Notes under the pieces: model-generated
The model's input: only the letters and a program-made list of their open reading frames with translations
What the model was told of the DNA's origin: nothing
Databases searched by the model: none
Shown: piece by piece, positions 1 to 12,300 of the stretch
Layout of the letters: each line of letters opens with the position of its first letter
Numbering within the stretch: position 1 is the stretch's first letter
Translations under genes and position numbers: made by a program
Source of the DNA: Tubiluchus corallicola
Lineage: Eukaryota > Animalia > Priapulida
Direction: 5' to 3'
DNA: 64,000 nucleotides
NCBI GenBank assembly: GCA_030141605.1
Contig: JAQGDQ010000130.1
Coordinates: forward strand, 391,974-455,973

Positions 1-57
1 CACAAGCAAATTATGAATATAAAGCGATCGTGCATTGTGCTGGGTAAAATTACATAC

Positions 58-381
58 TCTTCTCTTTTTCTCCTTCTCTTCTTCCTTAGCCCTCGCTTTA
101 GCTGCTTTCGCTTCAGCCTCTTTTGCTTTCTTGTCTTTGGGAGCGGCTTCGGCCTCGACTGCTGCAACAGGCTGAACCTGCTCTTCCTGGACGGCTTCTC
201 TTTCCTGCTGTTCTTCCTCGGCTTCCCTGGCTGCTTCTCGTGCTTGAGCAGCGGCGGCGATGGCAGCGGCTGCAGCTAGATCACCCTCTGCTTCTCGATC
301 ACGTGCCTCGCGTTCCGCAGCAGCTCTCTCTTTCTCCTCGCGAGCCTGCTGTTCTTGTCTCAGCCGCTCTTCAGCTTCCCT
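58..381 (-). CDS. EPB41: Protein 4.1 exon, E/R/K/A-rich helical region
   Basis: tttgcag acceptor, gtatgt donor, 324 nt open in phase 0: [19 protein letters not shown]...[11 protein letters not shown]. Confidence 0.85.
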
Positions 382-3300
382 CTGCAAATGAAATTAACAT
401 GCAAGAATCACATGCAAAGCTGCGTGCATCCCTGGAAAGCTCAAACAAATGAAAACCTTCTTGCCCAATACAAGCAACATAACATTTGAACATCCATCAG
501 AATCAAATACAGTCATATCTCCGTTGTCGAACGTCTCCGTCATACAAATCGGTTTTCGACCAGAAAATTCGAGCCGAAATTTTCTCTGCTCTCGACCAGC
601 CGCCAAACACGTGATGAACGCGCGCGCGGCGAGCCGAGCATAACCGACTACGTCCCAGAGTAGTCACGCACAACATTTGAATCGCCTAACGTGGCTAAGT
701 GCTTCCTCCGCCTATTTTTCTCCGCTTTTTCATGCAGGAACAATTATGTTTTTCTTTCAAAGTAATTCTATTATGTTTTTCTTATCAGTTATATCATATC
801 TACTGTTTGAATAAACATTTTTGCATCATTATATTTCGTTTTAGTAATACTTTACAGTTCATTTGGTGCTTGAGAACGGATTATTTGCTTTTACATTATT
901 TCTTATGGGAATAAATGACTCGGTTCTCAACTAAATGGGTTTTCAAACACTTTATAGGAACGAATTATGGTCGAAAACAGAGGTACTACTGTACTAATGT
1001 CTGCACTCAGTCAATTGTCTGAAAAGCGGCCAAAAATGCACTGCAAAATTTTTCCTAAAGTTTCAAAAGGAAAACTGTAACTCAAAATGTTCTGCAAGTG
1101 AAATGAGGAAATAAAAATGACTAAAAATGCAGACGGGAAGCACTCCATGAATGCTCATTTTATAAATGTATGTAATAATCTCTTCTATACGACGTGTCTC
1201 ATATCGGATAATTTAGTTGTAATAGCAATGGTAGTAAATAGCACTCATTTATCAAGCTTTATGAACTTTCAGGCGGCGACAAATTTATATAATTTCATCG
1301 CAAGTAACGTCTTTTACATTATAACAAACACAAAAGAAAACACGTACCCGATTGTTCTCCTTTGCCAACTTATCTTTTTCGTCCTCCGACTCTTCGTCGC
1401 TGCTGCCCCGGAATGGTTGGCGACTCTCGTCGGGTCGTTCCTCGTGTGAGCGAGTGGTTCCGTAACCTGGAGCTGAAAGAATAAGAGGTGTTACTGCTCC
1501 ACGTTTTAAATTATTTTAAATGGCAGAAGCAAACGAAAAGGGTTACCAGTTTTACTTAGCAAAATGGGTTCAGAATGAGGAAAATGCTCTACACAAGCCC
1601 ATCTGCAACAGCTGACAAGTTAAAGTATATTTAAGTTTGCTTTGAACTTAAATCTACAATTTTTTATCAATTAAGAAATGTTAATAAATTAATCAAATCT
1701 CTTGAGACGCATGCTTGTTTTTTTTGTAAATTAAAAATACGGGAAAACAACAACAACAACAACAACAACAAAAAAAACAGATGTAGAACAATCGTAGAGT
1801 TGTACAATATTTGTACGGAAAGACAAAATTGAAAATAAATTTTGCATGAGGCACATAATCTTTCATAACCAAAAAACATGACACACTGGCAAAGCAAGTT
1901 CTGTTTCCAGACAGAATAAACCAAAATGAATGCAAAAAAGTGAAAAATACCCAACACCGGGCATCTGAAATCATACATATCATTGAACATTATCAAACAA
2001 AGGCTTTGATGAATTGGCAAATTACACAGTGCAATGTGTGTCATCCAAGAGAGCACAATAAAAACAATAAGAAAATACCCGTGTAGCAAAAATGCAAAGC
2101 TCATTTTTAAGTTTGGAAAGAAAATAGAAAACTCATGCTATCATTCAAATTGTGCACTGCGCAATGTTGCAGATGATTATGCATGTCATTACTGACCTAA
2201 CAAGCGGCATTAATTTACAGACATTTGGGCACGTAATAACAATAAGCCTTTTCACAGTTTCGTTATGTGTACGAACATTTGTCGCATCAAAGGTTAATTG
2301 AACCCAGCATGTCTTACTTAACTACAATGGTTACGTGACCTTATGCATGTAACTACATGTAAGTGAAACGGATGAAACACGTCGTTATTTTTATTATAAT
2401 ACTAAACGTATATAGTTTTAAACTAACATGTTATTCTTATACTAAAACAGCTAGCTAAATAGCAGCAGCAATCCATGTAAAATGAAATAACTGAAGCGAA
2501 AATTAACGCCAACAGTATGAGCCTCAAGGTGTCAATTATAAACAAATGCATTGTTTGGTTCAGATAACGTTATTAGGTTCACTTAACCTTTGACCTTTTC
2601 ATGATCATCATCAATTGTTGGAAATGTGAAAAGGTTATTGATGCTAGTAGCTGTAAATCATTTATCAATTTGAACAAGTGAAAATTTGTCGAAGAAAAAA
2701 ATGCAGTTTAGAATCATAAACAAATGACGATGCTGTGTTAGATCAATTATGACTACGATAAACTAGTAACATTATAACTAAAAAAAGTCCACCACACTCT
2801 ATCAATACATGGCTATCTTCTAGTGCACGTAGTTTATTGTTTATGCTGTATTCTAGCAGTTTATTATAACTAGGTAAAGTCATAGGCTAAATTACTCTAA
2901 ATTTATTTATGTAAAACAGTGATTATTTAACCTAAAAGCTAACACTAATTCTTTATTTTTAATACTTGCACTACGATGGACAATATTTTAGAATAAAAAA
3001 ATCAACTTCACAGTTACTACTACTACTACTGCTACTACTCATTCAGGCAAAGGTATTTACCTAATTCATACGAAGCTGCAGCCCACATATCTAAACACAC
3101 AAAAGAATGGTATGAGCACACAAGTGAGTGACAAACACTAGCTATCAAGTTTAGATAAGTCATCTATCTCAATGTGTTTAAATCAACAGAAAAATACGAG
3201 TTCACCTTGCACTATGCACAACAGCCCCATGTCATCTGCAGCCAAAACTTTCAAGCAAAGTAAATAACATCTTAAGAAAATGAACAACATTTCAGATAAT

Positions 3301-6300
3301 AACAGCCTTCAAAACATCTTAAGACGTGAGCTGAATTCACTAGTTTGGGGCTGACCTGTCAGTTTCAGTGATTGCCACATAAGTTAAGTAATAACAGAAA
3401 TTTTGACAAAAAAATAAACGAACAGTATTTCTGGCAGATGATTTGTAGTAAATCAGAATGTTAAACTGGAGTCAATAAAAGTAAAAAAAATTGTCTTGAA
3501 AATTTGTATCACTTACGTGCTGTTTTATTTCACAGCTATTTTACCAATTGATGCAAACATTTTAAATTAAAAATTTCCAATTACTAAGTCTTTCAAACAG
3601 GTAAGAATATGCTAAGTAACATAACTTTGTATGGAAAGTTTTTTGAGATATACTTTAAAATGCCCTTTCCTTCCTCTTTTAGATTTGGAGTATTTTTTAA
3701 CAATTAAACAGTCATTTACAACTATTTTAGCCAACGACTGTACTTGGGTGTTTGTTAGGTGTGGCAACGCTCCAACTTTAATTGAAATATCTTCTTACAC
3801 TGTGCTCTGCAAATGCAACTCAGCCAATCAAAAGATCAGTTATGCTGAGCAAAAAAGAATAAATGCATGACCAGCTCAGCAATTATTTAATTAGCTGATC
3901 ATCACATAGGGTCATAAGCTAACACAGCAGGTAGATGTCAAAGGAGCACAAGAAATGTGCATAGTACCAGGTGACACAAAACTCGTATTTATATTAAATA
4001 AATTGGCGTCGACTAGTTTAAAAAAATTCGTCAATACCACACAGCAAGATACAGTGAAATAAATGCTTTCATACTTTAACGTGAACTAACTGCACACTAG
4101 TTACAGCAGCATTTGCCATATTCACTCGTTGTAATGGTAACAATTCAACTGTTGTATGCCAGACTTTCAATAAGCGACAGAAACAAGTTGTTACTGCACG
4201 TTAAGGCTATCGCCAAGTTGAAACATACGACAAGTTCATTAGCGAAGAATAACACAAGTTCTCAGTTGTACAATTTTTCGAAAGCATGCACTACAATGAT
4301 AACTTTACTTATTTTACATTAACAATGCATAATTCAGCAGCTTACAGAAGTAATAAACATAATTTAGTATCATACCCAAGTGCATGCATCATCCAGCACT
4401 GCAATTAAATTCAAACACTGTGCTACACTGCACTCCTTTAATTGTACATGGAAAAACACAGCACATCCTGCTTACCTCCATCCAAGCTACGAGAGCCCTT
4501 GTAGCGGTTACTCAACGTTCTGTTGAAATACGGCTGTTGACGGTCAATATTCTGACTGGCCGAGCGAGCTTGGTACTGAGTACGACCGGAATAGCGGAAC
4601 TTTGAGCCGAAGCGAGGGAAGAAGCTGCGCTTCTCCGCTGGCTCGGGTGCCATTAGCCTGTTGCAACACAGAACATAAAACTTTTGTAAAAATATGTATA
4701 AAAGTAAGTTGCAGGAGTCACATAATTATACAGACGTTTATTTTATATAATCAATAAGCACAAGATATGCACACAATAGAGAGAATTTACAAATCTGAAA
4801 ATGTGAAGATGGACACTGGTGGTGGTTAAAATAATTGTATCAAAATGAAGTTTTTACTATGTATATCATATATTTACTGACAATTATATATATATATATA
4901 TATATATCCTCAATTTTACTTCAGATTATAAGTTATGCACAATTTTGCATAATTTTCTTGTAGCATAGAACTTAAAAACATCGACATTCGTCACTGCAAA
5001 CATGCGTGCGTGTCCATAATACCAAGCAATGACATGTTCCACAATGTAGAGTTTTTAACACTTTCCCAGCCATTAGGGAATGGGGATTGTTCTTGCCACA
5101 CTAATAAGAAATGAACTAACTGGAGTGAAACTACTAGTCACTACCTTGCAATGACAGTAAGAGATACTCCATTTTTAACATAATCGTACCTGAAGAATGT
5201 GTGATGCTCGACACACACTTTCCACAACCTTTTAGCTGCGCGATGGTTTGCAAGTTTGAAGCCGATTGTGCTCTCAAACTGTTCAAACTGTGAAAAAGTA
5301 GAGAGAGTTGATTGGTTGTTGTCACTTATTGAAGACAATTTAAGACATATTCATTAACTTGAAAATGTTTTTAATGATTTTACACGAAAGAGTACCATCT
5401 TCTTTAAGTTTTGATATGAGGAAAGATTAATTAAATTAAATTAATTACTAAACTGAATTATTATTATTATTATAATTACAATTTATTCATACTCAAGCAC
5501 AATAACACAATTATGCACAATGATTAGTCAATAAATAATACAGGTTAAATAAATAAAGTTAGTTATATAATATAATACATAGTACACCAAATGTATCTAC
5601 AACATATTACTATAAAAATTAAAGGTCATAATAGCACAGGCCTATAATGTATAAACTTTATAGTGACTAATTACTCAATTAGTTAAGTACAATCTCAGCA
5701 GCAAGTTAGGGCCATTCAATTTTTAATTTTAGTTAACTAAAAATATACTTTATTTATCTTTTGCGTGCATCAAACGACTGTTTGTTCTGTTTTGATCACC
5801 AACAATAGTTGCCCAAATCAAAGAACTGCACATATTTTGTCTAAAGCAGTAAGCCACAAATTTGTGACGGCATTCTAAAAGCTTACCTCTCCCGGTCGAA
5901 TCTTTATGTAGAAATTATTTCGCTTGTACGAAATCTTCAAAATTTTCGGCCAAGCAAAACGGTTTATGCGCAGACGATTTTGATATACGAGCAAGCCATT
6001 GGCGCAGACACCCAGCACAATGTCTGACCCCTCGGAGTCCTAAAAACAAAAAACTGCAAGGTGGATTTAAATGTAACTCGAGTGTTAGTTTTAACAAAAA
6101 ACTCCTGCTTAAGCACAAAATCAAGAGGATTCGAAAATATAAAGCAATAAATCCTGTTATTCGGAAAAAGGCATGCTCGAAAACAAACGACAGGCAATAA
6201 GGCTGTAAAACATTCACAATAAGCCTTTAACAGTTCCAGCAATTGATGATGATCGTGAACAGGTCAAATGTTAAGTGCACCAGACAACGCATTTGTGTAT

Positions 6301-9300
6301 ACTTGACAACGCCTCGCAGCCCAAGCTACCGTAACAGTAACAGTTTTAACAGCTAACTAGAACCTTACCCTAGTTCATTTTTTTGTTTCTAAGCAAGATC
6401 CTGCTAGTAAATCACTCTACACACAGATTAATGCATAATTAAGTCCTTGCAAAACAAGTGAAGTTACCGAACTGATGCAGCAATCAGCTTTGCTTTATCC
6501 ACATGTTACATGACGGTTGTAGTTAAAATGTGTTGTTGTCGTACACTTAACCTTTGGCCTGCAGCAACTGCGCACGTGCACTACGAAAGAGTGAAAAGGC
6601 TTATTAACCAAGAAACAAAATACGTTTTTTCCAAAAAATCTGTGTATGTTATATTTTGGGTCAATGACTTTATCATTGTACCTTCGTACTCTTAATGATA
6701 TATTTTATTAAAGATATATCTTAATGCTTATCAAAATTAGAGCTAATTCATGCATTTTTAAAAATATTTTAACAAGTTTTTTTGGCAAAACAGAAATTTT
6801 GTTACAAACTGGCTATGGTTGCCAATGCAATGTATAATCAAATGTAAATCAAACTTCAAAAAAAAGACGTAAGAAAATCACAACAGTAATTGTTATTTAG
6901 TGTCATTTAATCATTACATATACAGAAATTTAGGGTTGACGATTTTCATGTTCGACTTGTAAAAACAATGTCGTTATTTCCTATAAATTACGCAAAAACA
7001 TTTACATGTTAAACAGTTTACAATAATCGGATTGATTATTTTTATAGATAAGGCATAGTGAATGTGCTGGTCCACGATGCAGGACAAGCAGAGACATCTG
7101 CACTAAATTACAACATGCCTTAACCATTTTTCATCGTACATTCTTTCGAAATATTAGCTGTTCTAGTAAATACCAAATACAGATTAATTTGTTCAAAAAT
7201 AGGTAACACAGTTTAATTTGATCAAAAATACGTAACAACAGATAAAGCTAAAAACAAGTAAGTCTTCAAGTCAACAGAGAAAATTTACACCCACAACAAT
7301 CACATGGTGAGAGAAATCACAGGTGATAATCTTTTTGACTGGTCACCAATAAGCCTTTTCACAGTACCAGCGATTGATGATGATTGAAATGTGGAAGGTT
7401 AAGTGAACCAGACAACGCATTTATGTACACCGGACAGAGCCTCACAGCATATGCTATTGTAATAGTAACAGTTTTAACAGCTAGGCAGAACATTACCCGT
7501 TCATTTTTTCTTGTTCCCAAGCAAGATCTTGCTAGTAAATAAATCTACATCACACAGACATATTAAGTGAAATCCATGGAGAACAACAAGGAAATGGCAT
7601 CGCAACTGAAGTTACTGAACTGATGCAGCAGACAGTTTTGTATTACTGATTGTGGCCAAAATGCATTGCTGGGGTTCACTTAACCTTTGACCTACAGCAA
7701 CTGCGGGTGCGCATAGCGAAACTGTGAAAAGGCTTATTGTCTTGTTAGCCACAAGACGACGACTAGTCACCAATCAGTTTTTAAGTTGAGGCACGAGCAA
7801 TTCTGTTACCATGTGAAGTGTTACAATAAGAAGCAGTGAATCACACAGTCCCGGTAACATGAGAAATGCAAAATATCATATAATACATGCAAGTACAATA
7901 TAATGCAGTGTGTTAAGCACGTTAGGAAATCATACATTAAACAAGTACAAATTTAAACCACGAAGGGTCCTTTTAAAATAATATTTTAACCTTAGTTAAA
8001 ACTTTTAACTTAGATAATTTTCAAGACAATTTTTGTTATTATTCAATTGCTGTATTATTCATTGTGTCACGTCTTCTAATTTTGTATGTATATGTCTTTG
8101 TTTATATGTATTTGTATGTGTGTATAATCTTTTTGAGTTTGTAGGTATTTATATTACTTTATTTTTTCTTCACTGGTGAGGATACATGCATCACTTTTAA
8201 AAACTGTCTAATCTGAACCAAATAAACTACGTTTAAACTAACCTTGATACAATTTGGTGCACTTTGTGTTTGTACTTGAGTTTCTTTAGCTGTCACTTTT
8301 AATTATAATAATAATCGCAAATTATCATGGTTAGCACTATGCTGCCACCTACATTTGCAGTGTACTATATCAACGATTCTCAGAAGTCATCGCAAAATTA
8401 AAGTAGTGGGAGTACTTTCATACAGTGATTGTAGCGGTAGTTCCATTGGTCACTAGTCTGTGAAATACGGTGAAGTGACATGACCTTTTTACAGACAAAC
8501 TAGCCAAATACCACACACTGAAACACCCATATTTTTTTCAAACAACAAGGAGATACAGTTACAGAATAACTTCTGCAAGTAGTGGGGCAAGCACAGCAAA
8601 AGCTAAACGTTAAGTCAAACTTATACAAAGTGCAAAAGAGAAAAATTATGCAGAGGAAAAACGACCATCACTTTGTCAATCAAAATCACATTCAAACAAT
8701 CTGACATCGACAAATCCCAAACATGAAGACAAAATAGAAAGATCAAGACGGGATCTTTTTCTCTATTTTTTACTTTGTTATGGGATTGTGCCAGCAAGAT
8801 AATCCTATCCATTAGCAACATTTACCTGATTAGCATGCAACATATTCAAAAGTGTCCCGTAATAAGATAACATCACCTAGACAACATAATTCTCGATTCC
8901 TATTAATTATATCTAAACAAAAACGTATCAAAAACATAACCATTCCTGCCAATTAAAATATCGGAACAAAAAACAGGCACAATTGTCTTATACTAAAGAG
9001 CATGCTGGTTTCATTAACACATGTTAATTTCAGCATTCCTCCTTACCCAACTGGTGGGGGGCTTGTCTTCGTTGCTCTCTAGTGGGAGAATGCAGGTGAG
9101 CCACTACAAACAGCGAAATATCACGAACTTGTAGGTTTTAAACACATAAAGCAGAAGTAGAAACGTGTTAGTGAAAAACAACACAGAAGATGGCGACACA
9201 CACATCAAAACTGAGTTTAACTCTTACCCACCAGAGGTCTCCGTGCACAGATACACATGTCAACAGTATTATTACAAAACAGTGGGGCGTAACAGCACAA

Positions 9301-12300
9301 GACCCCAAGTAAGAATACTAAAAAAGCTGCAGTGCAATACATGAATGGCTTCTACACAACTTTCGTGGACCCGACTGTTATGGTATAATAGTTCACTTGT
9401 TTTCTGAATTAGGATTTAGTGAGTAATTTGACAATATCAGGAGATCTGCTTAGGGAACCTGCAATTTCACATTACATATGCTAGGTCTTGATAATGGCAT
9501 TTTTTTACATTATTAGCAAATTGTGCCACATACTAAAGTACTAGCACAAATTATAAACAGACAGAGCATTTGTTTACTGCAATGCTCTGTCATAGTATAC
9601 ATTAATTCATGCAGAAAAAATATCAGTATGTGTACCCAAACACATGTTACTTCATTTAGCACAGGTATTCTGCACTCCATCATTAATGGGCAAGGGTTAA
9701 TATTTTAAATTAATTCAGAAGGTTTCTACAGGAACGCAGTAAAATTGTCTAAATAAAGCAAATTCTCATGTTCTTAATATAAACAACAACAAAAATAAAT
9801 AAATAAATAAAACGTATAACTGTTTGGAGAAGACACATCAAACTGTTTTACAAGACTTGTTTGTAACTGTGACACAAACCAGTGCATACAATGCAAGAAG
9901 CCTGTTATCCTCAGTTTACAACCAGTAAAAAATATACTCAAGTAGGAAAGAATATCAATTGTTAAAAAATTCTCCATAGATCCTATTTATTATTTGATGT
10001 ATGAAAATTAAGAATTATGCAAAATGGTGAACACAATGGAGAAAGAACAGAGAGAATAAATACCAAAAAAAAAACAAAGAAAAAATAAAGTGGCACTTAA
10101 ATTTTTTTAGAAAAATCAGTACAGTACACCACTGATATACCACGTTAGAAATCTTGATCAATCTAATTACCAAAAGTAGAAGTAAAACAAATCCACTAAA
10201 TTCCAAGGCATCAAAAGAAGCATATTTACTAGAACAGCTAAATGTTGTATTAAATTGGCAAGAATGAATATAATCTATTTCCACTCTATAAACAAAGCAG
10301 TTAGAAAGTGTTTAGACTGTTAGTTGTCAAGATCAGCTGAGAGTAAAACACCATATAAAGATTCCAGCATTGGTTTTATTTCAACTATTTCACAATCAGA
10401 AAATGGAATGAAGGACAGTGTACAAGCACTAGTGCAACTGATAATTAGTTCAGAAAGTTTCAGAAAGTATATATGCATGGTTGTACTTCATTTTTATGAG
10501 GAAGCCACTTTGCAGGACTTACCCTAGCAGGATGTAAATCAACTCCGTACATGGCAAGCTTCTTGGCATTTTCCAAGTAGTGCAGCTCCGCCTCAGCCGG
10601 AGTTTGTCCCCTATATCATAAATTATTTTTAATAACACTGTTAATTGACCAAATTACACTAATCCAAATTACAGCAAATATGTGGCGAATTCAGGCCGAG
10701 TGGACACTGGACAAGCGCACAACTTTCATACAAGTGGTGTGTGGCCACCTAGCTTCCATTGTTGCACCGGATGGTATCATACACAAACGTTGGCTGTGTA
10801 GTGGGAGTATATATTCACATCGGAACTGAGCTGACACTTTTCTGCTGGTTCAATGGCTCATCTTAAGAAAATTATTCTTGATAGCGAGCAAGTTCCAACC
10901 ATGCCACAAACATCTTGTTGAGTAGGCCCTGTCTGGATTGGGTTTGCAGTGTCAGAATACAAAATGTATAAAAAGCTGTGATAACACTTATAACTAGCTA
11001 CCGACAATATTAGTAAAATGCTGTATGAAAAGCAGAGTCTGTAACTTGTTGTAAACACATTCAACAGTAACAATTACTAATTAGTAATTATCAAATATAA
11101 TATCCAATAAAAAATTAAAAAGAAAAATCGGATTTTGGTACAACAATAAGTATCCAGGAGGATAAAAAACATGGGAAAAAAATCCTAAATACAATGTAAC
11201 AAATTATGTGAAAGCAAAAACACAAAATAACTAAACAAGAAAAGGAAAAACTGAAAATGAAATTTAACTGAAGACGGACAAAGTAGAAGAAACAGCTCAG
11301 CTATAGTGGCCAGGCTTATTGCAGCATCAAATTCATCTAAGCTTGACTGTAATGACTTCCTGTAGTACATGTGACACTAAGAAACCACACATAAACAAAA
11401 ATTAAATATCACAAATAGTCTTCTTAACATGCACATACCAATGAAATAACCTATTACAGTAAAACTTTACAATTTGTTGAATACATAGTAAGCAAGTCAG
11501 GCATGACCCTGCACAGATTCCTTTGACATAATGGTTTGTTTAAAAATCCTTAGAGGAGAACTATAAACGAAAACCTCACCATTGGACAAATTTATTAAAC
11601 ATATTCAGAAACAGTATTTTCTTGCAAAGATAACAAAGCTCCACTCTCTTTGCATAAATTTATCTACTTCACAGAGTTCACTAATTCTGGTACATATTTA
11701 TTTGTGTCGAGGAAGAGACATCCGGCGTAAAAAAAGCAAACAATTTCGAAACACTAGATATCGCTTTTCGTTACCAAGCGCCTCTGTTTAACCCAAGAAA
11801 ATCATGTTTGTTGCTAATTCTGAGAGAAAAATGCACTGCAGTTCAAACTTGAAAAACACGTGAAGAACTATTTTTACTTGCATAGGTCAATGTCTTGTTA
11901 TGAAAACATTCTTAAGTGCATAAAGAACACAAGCGACACACAAGAGACGGTGAACAAGTTCAAAACAGGAAACAGAAACACTAACAATCTCCGGCACTTA
12001 CTTATGGGTTCGATGCAGCTCTCCGACTTTGTTCTCTAACTCTTTGCTCTGCGTCGGAGAGAAGCGGAATTCGCACAAATAATCAGCATCATGCTCATCA
12101 GGGTCAAAATCACCAAGTTCGGACTGGACCAGGTATGAGCCGAGAAGAGCATGTGTTACGAACGAGCAGGGCAACCTGAAATTGACATCACAGTGCTTTA
12201 AACACATTTTGTGGTTATGCTTAGTTAGTTAGTGATAGTAGTTAAAACTGCTATTGCTATACAGGATGTCACTCGTTTAGTTTGAAAATTGCACTCAAAA

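Noticed and set aside
13-452. Plus-strand ORFs 13-279 and 123-452
   Set aside because: Antisense shadows of the low-complexity 4.1 exon 58-381
1667-2104. 145-aa and 96-aa hydrophobic ORFs with poly-Leu/poly-Cys
   Set aside because: Produced by A-rich intron sequence and the (CAA)n microsatellite
4376-4398. 23-nt AG/GT-bounded segment (VLDDACTW) after the FA exon
   Set aside because: Changes phase 1 to 0, so it needs skipping of exon 1348-1472; no other support
9228-9317. Alternative reading as a 90-nt phase-0 cassette exon (YSYLGSCAV...DLWW)
   Set aside because: Would insert 30 aa inside the FERM fold and leaves the 32-nt exon unexplained; the ATG-9342 model fits better, though this is not formally excluded
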